From positions 125,114-164,340 of the forward strand of contig JBNGIO010005990.1 of assembly GCA_049999805.1 (NCBI GenBank): a stretch of DNA of 39,227 nucleotides, written 5' to 3'. This document shows positions 1 to 13,019 of this stretch, one piece after another. The position numbers and the translations under genes were made by a program. Below the pieces are notes generated by a model that was not told where the DNA came from, did not search any database, and saw only the letters and a list, made by a program, of their open reading frames with translations. This DNA is from Folioceros fuciformis (Eukaryota). Each line of letters starts with the position of its first letter. Position 1 is the first letter of the stretch.

Positions 1-62
1 GCATAAAACATATAAAGGAATAGATGTGAGGGGGAGACATCGCAATTGTCAAATGAGGTTTG

Positions 63-506
63 GAGGTAGTGATGGGAGAGACTAAGGAGAAATTGCAATT
101 ATGTTTTAAGCCTGGAACGAAGGAGAAAACCACAATTAGCATGAAGTGTTTAATTGTTAAATTTTGAAATTTTGATGTCATTTTAGGGATGGAAGCTTTG
201 TTTATGCCTAGGGGAGGAGTGGATCTGTGGACAAAGGAGTTCTATTATCATCTAGGTTATCAACAAGATGATGGGTTGAGCTAGACAACAATTCCACTCA
301 AATTGCAATTGCAGGACGATGGGCAAGATGAATGCATAGTAGATATGACAACTTCCTTGGAGGGACAGGATGAAGAGGATAAAATGTGGATTATGCGTCA
401 CATGTGTAAGTCATGCTTTAAAGAGTGTAGTCATATCAAGCTGGAGGAGGATTCAATGAGAGCGAGTGTTGGTAGAGCATTAGCTGAGATTTTTAGAGAG
501 CTTGAA
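63..506 (+). mobile_element. Decayed retrotransposon polyprotein fragment: C-terminal part of a retropepsin (aspartic protease)-like domain plus linker
   Basis: Frame +3 from 63 reads EVVMGETKEKLQLCFKPGTKEKTTISMKCLIVKF*NFDVILGMEALFMPRGGVDLWTKEFYYHLGYQQDDGLS*TTIPLKL and continues into ORF 303-506. FDVILGM (171-191) matches the D-h-h-L-G-M motif at the C-terminal end of Ty3/Gypsy-type retropepsins. There are two in-frame stops (165, 282). The catalytic D(S/T)G would lie left of the window. Confidence 0.5.
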
Positions 507-606
507 NNNNNNNNNNNNNNNNNNNNNNNNNNNNNNNNNNNNNNNNNNNNNNNNNNNNNNNNNNNNNNNNNNNNNNNNNNNNNNNNNNNNNNNNNNNNNN
601 NNNNNN
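507..606. other. Assembly gap (100 N, placeholder of unknown true size)
   Basis: Run of exactly 100 N. Confidence 0.98.
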
Positions 607-607
607 T

Positions 608-1297
608 CAATTGGATGATAAGATTCGACCTTGTACGAAGGAAGCACTTTGTAAACTTGAGCTTGTTTGTAATAAACTTGTGACTTTGAGTTCGTCTATG
701 TATGGATTGGTCATGGTTGAGCTGTTTGCTGGGATTGCATCTAGTCTGGACCTGTGCTGGCTGCTGGATATGTAGTTAGACGCTACATTTATTGTGACCC
801 AAATGAGGTTTGTGAGATGATTGTACAGTTAAGGGTGTTCAAGCTTTGCAAGAAGTATCCTGACCAATTAAAGGTTGAGGCTGTGAAACAAGCATTTTCC
901 ACTTGGCTGCAAGATGTTAGGCTTATTGGGTCAATACAGTTTCGGATTAAAGAGGAATTTGACCTTATAGTAGCAGGTTAGGAATGTACAGGACACTCAA
1001 TGGAAGGCAAAGGAAAGGGTTTGTTAGCTTATAGGTTTGTGTAAGTTTATGAGTTAATAAGGATTTTAAATTTTGTACCAACATCAAAAGAAGGAGTGTG
1101 GGTATTTGATTGAAAATGGAGACTCGCAAGTGGATAACAGAGTTATATTGAGGCAAGATTTTGAGGAGATCAAGTATTATCTGGGTGAACCTATAAATTT
1201 GGATGTGGTGCATTTTGGATCCAAAGTTCACAGGCAACGGTGTTTTTGGAATAATATGATGCCTAAGCATTTGTTGCAGAGCCATGCACATCAATGA
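608..1297 (+). pseudogene. Degenerate C5-cytosine DNA methyltransferase catalytic domain (DNMT3-like motif style), probably retrotransposon-borne
   Basis: Motif I GLVMVELFAGIASSLD (704-751, frame +2), 1-nt frameshift into VLAAGYVVRRYIYCD (754+, frame +1), QDVR, motif IV FDLIVAG*ECTGHSMEGKGKGL (958-1023; TAG at 979 probably from TGG; catalytic Cys 985-987), stop at 1042, frameshift near 1072, motif VI YLIENG and motif VIII LDVVHFGSKVHRQRCFWNNM (ORF 1073-1297). Motif order and spacing are canonical. There are no introns. Confidence 0.75.
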
Positions 1298-2847
1298 CAT
1301 ACGAATGACGATTTTGCACATAAACTTTTGCAGCTTTGATTGCTAGGCTGAAGATCAACCCGTAAGTGCCCTTCTTGCACCTATAACCTTCTACGCCTTC
1401 CTCCCCATTTTACATCAATCTCATGTTTACAAGATCATGATTCGGCTAGAAAAAATGATTGCAACCATTGTTTACATTTTGATTTAAGAAACACCTATGG
1501 AAAAGAGGCCTTAGAGTCTAGCAAACTTGAAGACCATTCTCTGAAGAGAGAAGCAATCACCAATCCTTTGGCAACACCTTCCAACAATGACAACAAGAAT
1601 TAGATTAAAGATAACCTCCACCACTATGACCATTAGGCAAAACCTATGACCATTGCATGTCAAACAATTTAGTAGTCTTGTAGATACAGACTTCCCCTCA
1701 TGTTCATAGAATTCTACAAAATTCTGGGACTTCTGGTTCAATGAAAATACATAGAAGATTGTTATATGAGATTATGCATATGCTGTAAAGATGCCGGGAT
1801 TCTATTAGCAGCAAGGTGTTGCGTGGAGGATGGACAAGACAAGCGTTTCAATGCCTCAGTCGTAGTCGTGCGAAGAATTCTATATTGTCTGGTCGAGACA
1901 CTTGTGCCACTTGGTCCCTGTGCAACATTATTGCATGTCTTGCAAGGCGACAACGACTGGCTGACTCACCCAATCCCAGTCTCGTTTGGGAATAGAGAAA
2001 AGAAAAACAGGCCGGGATGACAGATGGAGAAATCACAGGCGGTCAAATCCAGCAACAGAAGGGAAGGGCAGTTGGAACGCTGGTCTACCTGCATTTCTCC
2101 TACTGCTGCCTTCAGAACTGGATGAGGTGAAGTTGGAAGGAAAGATGTGGGGGAGAGAAGGAAGAAAGGCACCAGCAGCCTAGCCCACAGCCCAGAGCCC
2201 GACACTCACCACCCCTGTCTGTCACGCCGGGCGAGTGGATCCCAGTTGGTGGGACGGCGACAACGACGACCCCCGGGCTAGACCTCCCCTCCTCCCCCTG
2301 CCCGGGATGGGATCGTGAGGGCCTCGTCTAGCCCGGTGGGCCGGTGTGTCCCGCACCTCTGAACTGCTCTGGAGTTACGGTCTCCGCACTCCTCTGGCAT
2401 GTGCAGCGTTGTGCTGCCAACGTCCGGCCCCGCAGCGCTGCGAAGGCTGATCGTGAATTGCAGCCCGCAGGCCTCTCTCTCGTCCATTCCTTTTCTTTGC
2501 TGGTGTGGACGCAGCTGGCGAGCGGGCGCTGTGCTGCGCGGCGGGTGCGCCGAGCGTTGGGTTTCTCGGATCGGACTCCGGAATTCGAATGGACTCGGTG
2601 GGTTGCGGCCGCAGGCTCCAATTAGTGTGGGAATCGGGAGTTTGTGTTCTTCTGGCCGGATGCTTTATATAGTAAGCTCTTGTTGGAGAGTCCTGTTTTT
2701 GGATGCTACGTCTCGGGGACTGTGGAAGTCGGATTTGGATTCCTGCTGCTTCGTTGTTCAGGTCTGTCAGCGGAGGGGCCCTCGTTGGGTTGAGGCGGGC
2801 GTGTGTTAGAGTGTTGGGGTGCCGGGTCCGGAGGGGGAGGCTGGGCG

Positions 2848-5800
2848 ATGGCGGAGTTCTGGGTGTCGGATGGGCTCGCCGGGAAGGTCACCAAGAGTGC
2901 TGCAGTGGCGCCGGTCAAGGCTGGAAGCAATGTGTCGCTGGTGGAGGAGTACTGCTACGCGCTGGGAGGAAACAGGCCGCTGTACAGTATTCTCATTGCC
3001 AACAATGGGATGGCGGCAGTTAAGTTCATGCGCAGCGTGAGGACCTGGGCGTATGAATCGTTCGGGGTGGAGCGGGCTATTCTTCTTGTGGCCATGGCCA
3101 CGCCGGAGGATATGCGGATCAATGCTGAGCACATCCGGATGGCGGACCAGCTCGTGGAAGTGCCTGGTGGAACTAACAATAATAATTATGCCAATGTGCA
3201 GCTTATTGCGGAGGTGCTGTGCTGCTCCTGCTCCATGGGATTTTTGGGATTAGAATTCGGGTCCCTTCGGCTGGCTCTTGTGTGTGTCATTCGGGCAGGA
3301 GGATTGAATTTGAAGTTTCCTGTGCCAGATTGCTGAACGTACAGGAGTTTCGGCTGTGTGGCCAGGGTGGGGTCACGCCTCGGAGAACCCAGAACTTCCT
3401 GATGCGCTTGCTGAGCGTGGGATTGCCTTTTTAGGGCCGCCAGCCGCACCTATGGCTTCTCTTGGGGACAAAATTGGCTCCTCTCTCATCGCTCAGGCTG
3501 CGGGTGTGCCGACACTACCGTGGAGTGGATCTGGAGTAAGCTATCGTGCTATCCAGTTTTGTCTTTGCTAATATTTACAGCTCGAGTGGTCGTGTTGTTA
3601 GTTAGCTGCCTTTGCCTTATGGTTGGCATGGATACTTTGCTCTTTGCTTGTTGATGTGACAGTCAATTTAGAATTCCCTTGGTTGTGCAGGTGAAAATTG
3701 CATTTGAAAGCTGTCAGGAGCCTATTCCAGAGGAAATCTATAGCCAAGCATGTGTACACACAACGGAAGAGGCACTGAGGTCATGCCAAACTGTTGGTTA
3801 CCCAGTCATGATAAAGGCTTCTTGGGGTGGTGGTGGTAAAGGCATTCGAAAGGTATAGCGTCATGTGAGGTGGTTCTGTAACATAAAGACATTTCCCGCT
3901 TTCATGGGGTGTTTTCATTGAGGTGGAATGCCCCACTGCTTGTTCGTAATGACAATGATGTTGAAAATGCAGGTCCACAATGATGATGAGGTCCGTGCTC
4001 TTTTCAAGCAAGTGCAGGGAGAAGTGCCTGGTTCTCCGGTGTTCGTCATGAAAGTTGCATCGCAGGTCTACCTCTTGACTTTGTTCAACTTACGATGCTG
4101 CGGCACATGAGTTAATCTGGCGCGATTTCAATTCATACTGAAGTATTGATCCAGTTTTCTGGGATCGGAGCAGAGCCGACACCTAGAGGTGCAGCTGCTT
4201 TGTGACCAGTATGGAAATGTTGCAGCTCTGCACAGCCGGGACTGCAGTGTGCAAAGACGTCATCAAAAGGTTTCTTTTTCTTCTCGCCAATGGACCACGA
4301 GGTTGCTCTTGTGACTATGCCCACGCCATATTTTTGAAAACTCTTCTTGATTCAGATCATCGAGGAGGGACCTGTTACAGTTGCTCCGGCAGAGACAGTA
4401 AGGAAGTTAGAAGAAGGTGCCCGCAGGCTTGCAAAGAGCGTGAATTATGTGGGAGCGGCTACTGTGGAATACCTTTACAGTATGGACACTGGAGAGTTCT
4501 ACTTTCTGGAGCTCAACCCACGATTGCAGGTGACACCAATCTGAGCTACGTCAATTTGTCCAGATCAAATTTTCTACACCATAAGAGAGCTGAACCAGGT
4601 TTGCAGGTAGAGCATCCAGTAACAGAATGGATAGCAGAGATCAACGTGCCAGCTGCTCAGGTTGCAATCGGAATGGGCATTCCTCTGTGGGCACTGCCAG
4701 GTTTTGCTTCTGCTAAGCTGCTTGGTCGTCGTCAGCCAGCCTGTTGTCGTGGATGGTGTGCTGACTTCTCAACTCTCTACCAGAGATTCGCAAGTTCTTT
4801 GGAAGGGAAGGCGGAGGAGGGCATGATAGCTGGCGACAGACTGCAGAAGTTGCTACAGAATTCAATTTCGATTCTGCTCAATCTGTGAAGCCGAAAGGGC
4901 ATGTTGTTGCCGTCCGCATCACTAGTGAGGATCCTGATGATGGGTTCAAACCCACGAGCGGGAGATTGCAGGTGAAGTAATCTAAACTAATCCAAAGTGG
5001 AACACCTCGACACCTCATGGTCGTGATGCTTGCATGATTGAGGGAACTGCAGTAAACATCTCACGTTCTTTGAGTTGGATCATGTTGCAGGAGCTTAGTT
5101 TTCGGAGCAAGCCAAATGTGTGGGCTTATTTCTCCGTCAAGGTAAGAGCTGAGAATATGTCCTTCCACCTGATTGTCGAAGCCGTGACATGTCTTGGTTT
5201 CAGATTCTGAAGGATTTGCTTACACCATTGTTTATCAGTCTGGTGGTGGAATTCATGAATTTTCAGACTCCCAATTCGGTAAGTTGCACCTCGAATTGAT
5301 GCCTTTTCAGTATGTGGCTGGGCTGTTTGGGCGCTGGCTTGTTGCTTCATCAAGAAACTTGTGGTCAGCAGTTCTAATCTGCTGTAACTGTTCAGGTCAT
5401 GTATTTGCATTCGGAGAGACACGACCAACAGCAATTGCAAATATGGTGCTTGGTTTGAAGGAGTTGCATATTCGTGGGGAAATACACACCAACGTTGACT
5501 ACACAGTTGACCTCCTCCACGTAATTCTTTCATCCTGAAGACTTCTCAGGCTACTCTATGGCACATGACATTTTGTAACTTTGACGATTCTGATCATTCT
5601 GTGGTAGGCTGCGGAGTACCGAGATAACAAGATTCACACTGGCTGGCTTGATAGTCGGATTGCTATGCGTCTGCGGGTAGAAAGACCACCATGGCATCTG
5701 TCAGTAGTTGGAGGAGCTCTATATGTAAGCCCTTCCGACCAGATTCACCTCCCGTTCTAAGCAAAGGGTGCGTGTTGCTCTTCGGGGTTGGAATTTGCAT

Positions 5801-8800
5801 CTAACAAGGTTTTTCCTTCTCAGAAAGCAACCATGCTGACAGCAGCCAGGGTATCGGAATACATAGGTTATCTTGAAAAGGGGCAGATACCCCCCAAGGT
5901 AATGTGCCATGTTGAAACTTTGAAGTCAGCTGCGTTCATAGGATGAAGTGGTTTGTTTCACACGACTTTGGACCAACTCCCGATGTTCGCGTCCTTCTGT
6001 GCAGCACATATCTCTGGTCAGCTTCAGAATTGTTCTAAACATTGAAGGGAGTAAGTACAAGGTATGTTGCCTGCTCGTTGGTGGTTAACTACGTTTGTTA
6101 GTGAGCAGCACAGATGGTCGGTTTCTCAGCCGTATAGTCACAACAATTGCAGGTAGATGTGACCAAGGGAGGTCAAGGAAGTTATTGCCTTACATTAAAT
6201 CAATCCGTGGTAGAAGCGGAAGTCCACACTCTTCGAGATGGCGGCCTTCTAGTACAGGTTTGTATCAATCAGTACCGCTGCGGCTGAAAGTGTTGTAAGT
6301 GGCTTTGTAGTTGAGGCGCTGTGTGTTCGACTAGGACGTGCTTGGAAAGTATTTTATGGCAGAGCAGAAAATTATTCTGATGGTGAGTGCTATTGAAACT
6401 GGCCTCTTGCAGCTCGATGGAAACAGTCATGTTTTGTATGCAGAGGAAGAAGCAGCGGGGACTCGCCTCCTGATTGATGGCAGGACCTGTCTCTTACAGG
6501 TATACTGAACTCCCTCTCTGTCTATCCTCAAGATTGAGTTTTCCTTTCATGTGATGTCGCTTACATTCGTGTTCGTGGCAGAATGATCACGATCCTTCAC
6601 GGTTAGTTGCAGAAACGCCGTGCAAGTTGATGAGGTTTCTTGTCCAGGACGGCACTCATGTTGACACAGACACCCCATATGCAGAAGTTGAGGTGATGAA
6701 AATGTGCATGCCACTGCTCTCACCCGCTTCTGGAACCATCCGTTTCAAGATGGCAGAGGGCCAAACAATGCTGGTAGGAGTGTATCCTCTACATTGTTGC
6801 TTATCAAAGTGGTCTTCTGATTTGAGGGGAGATTGTGAGCTTATAATTGTCTGCAGGCAGGAGATCTTATTGCAGCACTTGATTTGGATGATCCCTCGGC
6901 AGTGAGAAAGGCTAAGCCATTCGATGGAAACTTTCCTCTCCTTGGCACGCCGACAGCCATGCCTGGGAGGGTGCACCATCGGTATGCAGCAAGTGTTAAT
7001 GCTGCAAAAATGGTTCTAGCCGGTTATGAGCATAACATAGAGGAGGTAATATTATGTCCTGTTATTGTATGTTATGTCTAGCGGCTGGTGGACTTCATGC
7101 TCTTAAACTTGAGGGCTGCTGATTCCACATGGCAAACGGTTGCTAACAGGTGGTGCAAACACTGCTCAGCTGTCTGGACGATCCCCAACTGCCTCTGTTA
7201 CAGTGGCAGGAGTGCATTGCTGTCTTGGCTACTCGTCTGTCCAAGGAACTGAAAACCCAGGCACGGTTTCGTTGACCTGCACTGAAACTTTTCTCACGGT
7301 TAGCTGTGCTGTATATGTAAGGTCAGATGCATTAGCAGATGATGTAGTATGCAAATTCATTGAACCCTTTAGCTTCTATGTACAGCTAGACACAAAGTTC
7401 AGAGAGTATGAAGTTCTGTTCTCTGGAAATGGAGGAGCTGCTGAGTTTCCTGCAAAGGCTCTTGGAGGTGTGCTAGAGGTATTGAATTTCTAGGTGTGCT
7501 AGAAACATTGAATTTTATTGGAGCTGTGGATTTGCAGACGAGTCTGGTCTTTATTGGACCAGACTGGACTACATTGTGCAGACTTTTCTGGGGACATTTT
7601 CAGACAAGGATAGAGCACCTCAGCAGAGGCTAGTTGAGCCTCTACTGGCCCTGGCTAAGTCTTATGAACAGGGGCGTGAAGGTCATGCCTGCAGCATCGT
7701 TCATTCTTTGTTCCACGACTATCTCGTTGTTGAAGAGCTCTTCAGTGAGAACCTGCAGGTGCCGTCATGGATGACCTTCTAAGAGGATGCCTATGATTGC
7801 ATGTTTGCTCTCTTTGGATGTTGCTAGCCAAACCACTAGGCAACTCCAAGGCCTGTTTCAGCTTGTGTTACCATGAGTTTGCTCACCAGCATGTGCACAT
7901 CGTCTCTCGGATGCTGTGATGTAGGCTGATGTCATAGAGATGTTGAGACTTCAACACAAGAAGGACCTTTCAAGGGTCGTGGATGTTGTGCTCTCGCATC
8001 AGGTAGCTTCTATATCATTATCCTTGTATCGCAATTACGGAAAGGCTGGAAGCATGCTGAAGGAGGTCGATGTTGTGCAGGGAGTGAAGAGGAAAAATAA
8101 GTTGATCTTGCAGCTGATGGGGGCTCTCGTGTACCCTAATCCTGCAGCCTATCGGGAGCAGCTTATCAGATTTTCGAGGTTGAGTCACACGAATCATGCT
8201 GAGGTATGAGTTCCCTTCAATGTAGAGTCGATAGGGGGCAGTAAGGAGGTATGATTCTATCTCATCGTGTTCAGAACTAACTGTTTTACTGTCTGCAGAT
8301 TGCACTGAGGGCTCGCCAGCTGTTAGAACACACGAAGCTAAGTGAATTGAGATCAAACATTGCCAGAAGTTTATCACAGCTTGAAATGTTCACAGAAGAC
8401 GCTGGAGATGGAGCCCATGGCCGCAGAAGGAGTGCTATTGATGACAGGATGGATGATTTGGTAGACGCACCTTTGGCTGTTGAGGATGCTCTGATTGCAC
8501 TATTCGACCACAGTGACCACACCTTACAGAGACGTGTTGTTGAAACTTATGTCCGTCGACTGTATCAGGTACGGTGGTGTCCATGTCCATAACCTTCTTG
8601 ACAGTTTGACTCTATGGCGATGGTTTTAGATGGCTGTTGCCAACCTGAGGATGGGGAAGTCTTTTTTTTACTTGGTACAATGATGTCAATGATTGACCTT
8701 CAGCAGCTTCATTGTTGCAGAACAGAGGCGGCTCTGTTGGATGGTTTACTTGCTTGAAGTTCAGTGCCAGCTGACGTCACTGTGTCTCACTGTGTCTCTG

Positions 8801-11800
8801 TGACAGCCACGTTTGGTGACGGGATCAGTCAGAATGCAGTGGAATCGGTCTGGCTTGATAGCTTCTTGGCAATTCTCGGAGGGAACCCCTCCAAGGACTA
8901 CTGAGATGCTAAGTGGGTCTCTAGGATCATCGGCCACTGACAATCCTGGTGTGAAGCGGTGGGGAGCCATGGTCATTCTTTCCTCTCTGCATTTCCTACC
9001 AAGCGCTGTTGGTGCTGCTCTGCATGAAACCGGGGACCTCTTGACCAAGGGGTCAGTATCCAACGATCAGAATACCAGGCTTGGTAACTTTGGTAACGTC
9101 TTGCATGTAGCGCTTGTGGGCATCAAGAACCAAATGAGTGCGCTACAAGACAGGTTAGTAGTCAAAGTTGGGGTCTGGTCCTGGGAGGTCAGTTTTTTCC
9201 GAAATCGTGTACTGCTTTGGCAATGTAGCATCTGGTGACAAGGTTCAACATGGGTGCAGCGGAGACGAAGATCAAGCACAAGAGCGAGTGGAAAAGCTTG
9301 GTAAAGCTCTTAAAGGCGAGAGCTTAGGTCCGATGTTGCACAAAGCTGGGGTTGGCGTGATAAGCTGTGTTATTCAGAGGGATGAGGGTAGGCCTCCTAC
9401 TCGTCATTGCTTTCACTGGTCCACAGACCGTCAACAGTTCACAGAAGAGCCTCTTCTGCGACATGTGGAGCCACCCTTGTCGAGGCTGCTAGAGCTGGTA
9501 ATGATCTTCCAGTGCGGTTGGATACCAAGGGGGCAGGCTTCTTCGTGCCTGACATTGCTCCGTTCTCGTGTGCAGGAAAAGCTTAAGGGTTTTACTTCCT
9601 TGGTATATGCTCCGTCCAGGGATCGGCAGTGGCACATGTACTCTACAGTGGACAAGCCCGGGAACATCCGACGTGTATTCCTTCGCACGTTTGTGAGGCA
9701 GCCTCGGTCTGCCAGCATGTACAGTGAAGATGCGCAAGCTGATGGGGACACATCCCCTGTTTCCACAAGTGTGATCAAGGCTCTACAGGGAGCTTTGGAA
9801 GAACTGGAATTGGCAGCTCATGATTCGAATGCCAAGGCAGATTATGTCCACATGTTTCTGAGCGTTCTGAGAGCACAGAGCCTGGAGAGCATTGGAGGGG
9901 ACACAAGGTAATTCACGTTGTACGCCTATGCGCTTCTTGGCAAAGCTCATTTTGACTGGTGAATATCAATGAGGGTAATCAGGATCATGTGAATAAACTC
10001 GACCAGTGGTTGGGTCTTGCAGCAATGCTCTGTCGGCGACCTTTTCAGGAAACTATCCACAAGTGATTGCTGGCAGCCTTCAACGCCTGGCAGAAACAAT
10101 ATACGGCAGGCTGGGTGCCCGCATGTACCGTCTTGCTGTTGCGATTTGGGAGCTTCATCTGCATATAAAAAATGTTGGCTCAGCTAGTGGGGCTTGGCGT
10201 ATTGTTGTGTTCAATCCAACAGGCCACACCTGCACAGTCCAGGTTTCAATGACTAGTTTGCTGGTTCAGTTTCGCTGTTTTGCATCTTGTTATCCTTGCA
10301 AATCTGAGATGCGCGTGCTTCATGTCATAGGTATACCGAGAAGCGCTAGATCCAGCACAACATGCTGTGGTATACTATTCGCCACTGGACAGCTCTGTGG
10401 GCTATTTGCATGGGAAGCCGCTCACGACGAGGTACAAATCCTTGGATGCAATTGACAGAAAGAGATTGTTGGCACGGAAGAACAACACGACATATTGCTA
10501 CGACTTTCCATTGGTATGTCCACTGCAGTGCACTTTGGCTTTCACCCGAGCTGTGGAGCTGTGGTCCGGCATGCCCGACCAGCGAGTCATCCATCATTCG
10601 TGTATGTTGATTGCAGGTTTTTGAGACAGCTTTACGTCAGTGGGGGGAAGCCGCAGGGAAGGAGAGTGAAGGGTCTGTCCTGAGAACCTCTGAGCTCGTG
10701 TTTTCGAACTCAGAGGCAGACTGGAGAACACCCCTGATTGAGATTGAGCGACCTGTTGCGACAAATGATGTAGGCATGGTCGCATGGTACTTCCATCTCC
10801 GGACTCCTGAGTATCCATCTGGACGCACCATCCTGGTTGTGGCAAACGATGTTGCGTACGGTGCAGGCGCGTTCGGACCTAGGGAGGACAAGTTCTTCAA
10901 GGCAGTAACAGATGTTGCTTGTGAGAAGAAGTTGCCACTAATCTATCTTGCAGCCAACTCTGGAGCAAGGATTGGGTTAGCAGAGGAAGTGAGGTCTACA
11001 TTCAAAGTGGGATGGTTAGACGATGCTCCTGAGCGGGGCTTGCAGTACCTGTACCTAACTCCGGAGGATTATGGACGGATCAAAGATTCTGTGAACGCTC
11101 ATGAAGTGAGTCTGCCGTCTGGGGAGATAAGGTGGGTGATTGATGATGTCGTCGGAAAGGAGGATGGGCTGGGGGTCGAGAATCTGTCAGGTAGTGGTGC
11201 AATCGCTGGTGCCTTTTCGAAGGTTTATCAGGAAACGTTCACTCTGACGTACGTGACTGGGAGAACAGTCGGAATCGGTGCTTACCTTTCCAGGTTAGGC
11301 ATGCGCTGCATTCAAAGGGTGGATCAGCCCATCATCCTCACAGGCTTTTCAGCACTGAACAAGCTTCTGGGAAGGGAGGTATACAGTTCTCACATGCAGT
11401 TGGGTGGGCCAAAAGTAATGGCTCAGAACGGTGTGGTACATCTCACCGTCACAGACGATCTGGAAGGTGTTTCTGCGATCTTAAAGTGGCTTAGCTACGT
11501 TCCGTCCGTTCAAGATGGGAAGCTGCCAGTTCTAGATCTGGGAGACCCTCCAGAAAGGTTGGTTCAGTACATACCAGATACCGCCTGTGATCCACGAGCT
11601 GCCATCAAAGGTGTCCAAGGCAGCGAAAGCTGGCTGGGAGGGATATTTGACAAAGGCAGTTTCACGGAGACTCTGGAAGGATGGGCACAAACTGTGGTGA
11701 CTGGTCGTGCGCGGCTGGGGGGTATTCCTGTCGGCGTGGTCGCTGTGGAAACACAGACAGTGATGCAGGTGATACCTGCTGATCCTGGGCAGCTAGACTC

Positions 11801-13019
11801 CCATGAAAGAGTGGTGCCACAGGCAGGGCAGGTTTGGTTCCCCGATTCCGCTGCCAAGACTGCTCAGGCTCTGCTGGATTTTAACAAGGAGGGCATCCCG
11901 TTGTTTATCTTGGCTAACTGGAGGGGGTTTTCTGGCGGGCAAAGAGATCTGTTTGAAGGAATCCTTCAGGCTGGCTCCCTGATAGTGGAACACCTGAGAA
12001 CCTACAAGCGACCCGTGTTTGTGTACATTCCCAAGACGGGAGAACTGCGAGGAGGAGCCTGGGTTGTGGTGGACAGCAAAATTAACCCTGATAAGGTGGA
12101 ACTGTACGCCGACACGACAGCCAAGGGTGGGGTCCTGGAGCCTGAAGGCATGATAGAGATCAAGTTCCGTCCTCGGGAACTGTTGGAATGCATGCACCGC
12201 CTCGACCCACAGTTGGCTAGTTTGAAGCAGCAGCTCGCGGGCAGCCCGTCTACTGGCTTGGCTGAATTGCAGCAGCAAATAAAAGCAAGGGAGAAGCACC
12301 TCCTCCCGTACTACAAGCAAGTGGCAATTCGGTTCGCTGAGCTACACGACACCTCTTACCGCATGGCTGCCAAGCAGGTCATCAAGCAGGTAGTCCCTTG
12401 GGAGGAATCCCGCCACTTCTTCCACAAGAGGCTGAGACGGAGGCTAGCAGAGGAATCGGTGATTAAGGATGTGAAAGGTGCGGCTGGAAACTCTTGCTCC
12501 GACAGCCAGGCACTGGAATGGATAAAGGAGTGGTTCCATGCTTCTCAGCTCCCATCCAGCGGCCCGGGAGACGATCCATGGAGCAAGGATTCCTTGTTCC
12601 TGGAATGGTGCAATAATGGGCCGCCTCTGGCAGAGCAGTTGCAAGCACTACGAGCCGACCGGCTGTCGAAGGAGATGAGCTCTTGGGGCAGCCCAGACTT
12701 GTCAGCCCTGCCTCGAGGCTTGGATGCTCTCCTGCACACAGTAGGATGCTGTTTCCTTGTCTCATTCCTGACCTCCCTCATTTTGGATTTGTTGTCTTCT
12801 TCTTTGCCAGGTTTCTGGGTTCCCTTGTTTGTTTTGCTTGTTTCCTTTCCTAGTTTCCCTTCGCGTGTTGCCTCGTTTCCTGTTTTGGCACGGGACAGCC
12901 AACATAAGCCTGTTCCGTGTGATGCCAACTGAATCTAGTGTGTGGGATGGCAGCTGGAGGGACCGGGGAGGGCCCAGATGGTGGAGCGGCTGAAACAGGT
13001 TCTGGAATCTCACAACTGA
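2848..13019 (+). CDS. ACC1: Homomeric (multifunctional, cytosolic-type) acetyl-CoA carboxylase; about 31 exons
   Basis: Biotin carboxylase motifs ([64 protein letters not shown]), biotin carrier motif EVEVMKM (~6684-6704), central domain, and large carboxyltransferase exon 10617-12740 ([41 protein letters not shown]). ATG at 2848 has an in-frame upstream TGA (2791). Last exon 12954-13019 reads [21 protein letters not shown]. Exons were traced by eye through GT/GC-AG junctions. Confidence 0.96.

Noticed and set aside
1500-1760. Possible LINE RT-proximal fragment (IEFYK / FWD across a frameshift at ~1706-1730)
   Set aside because: Only a short motif in heavily decayed sequence; not enough to call without a search.
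2399-2847. Possible plastid transit-peptide exon for ACC (Ser/Arg-rich ORF from ATG 2399)
   Set aside because: Splicing to the likely acceptor at 2761 meets an in-frame TGA (2791) before ATG 2848, so there is no support for an N-terminal extension.
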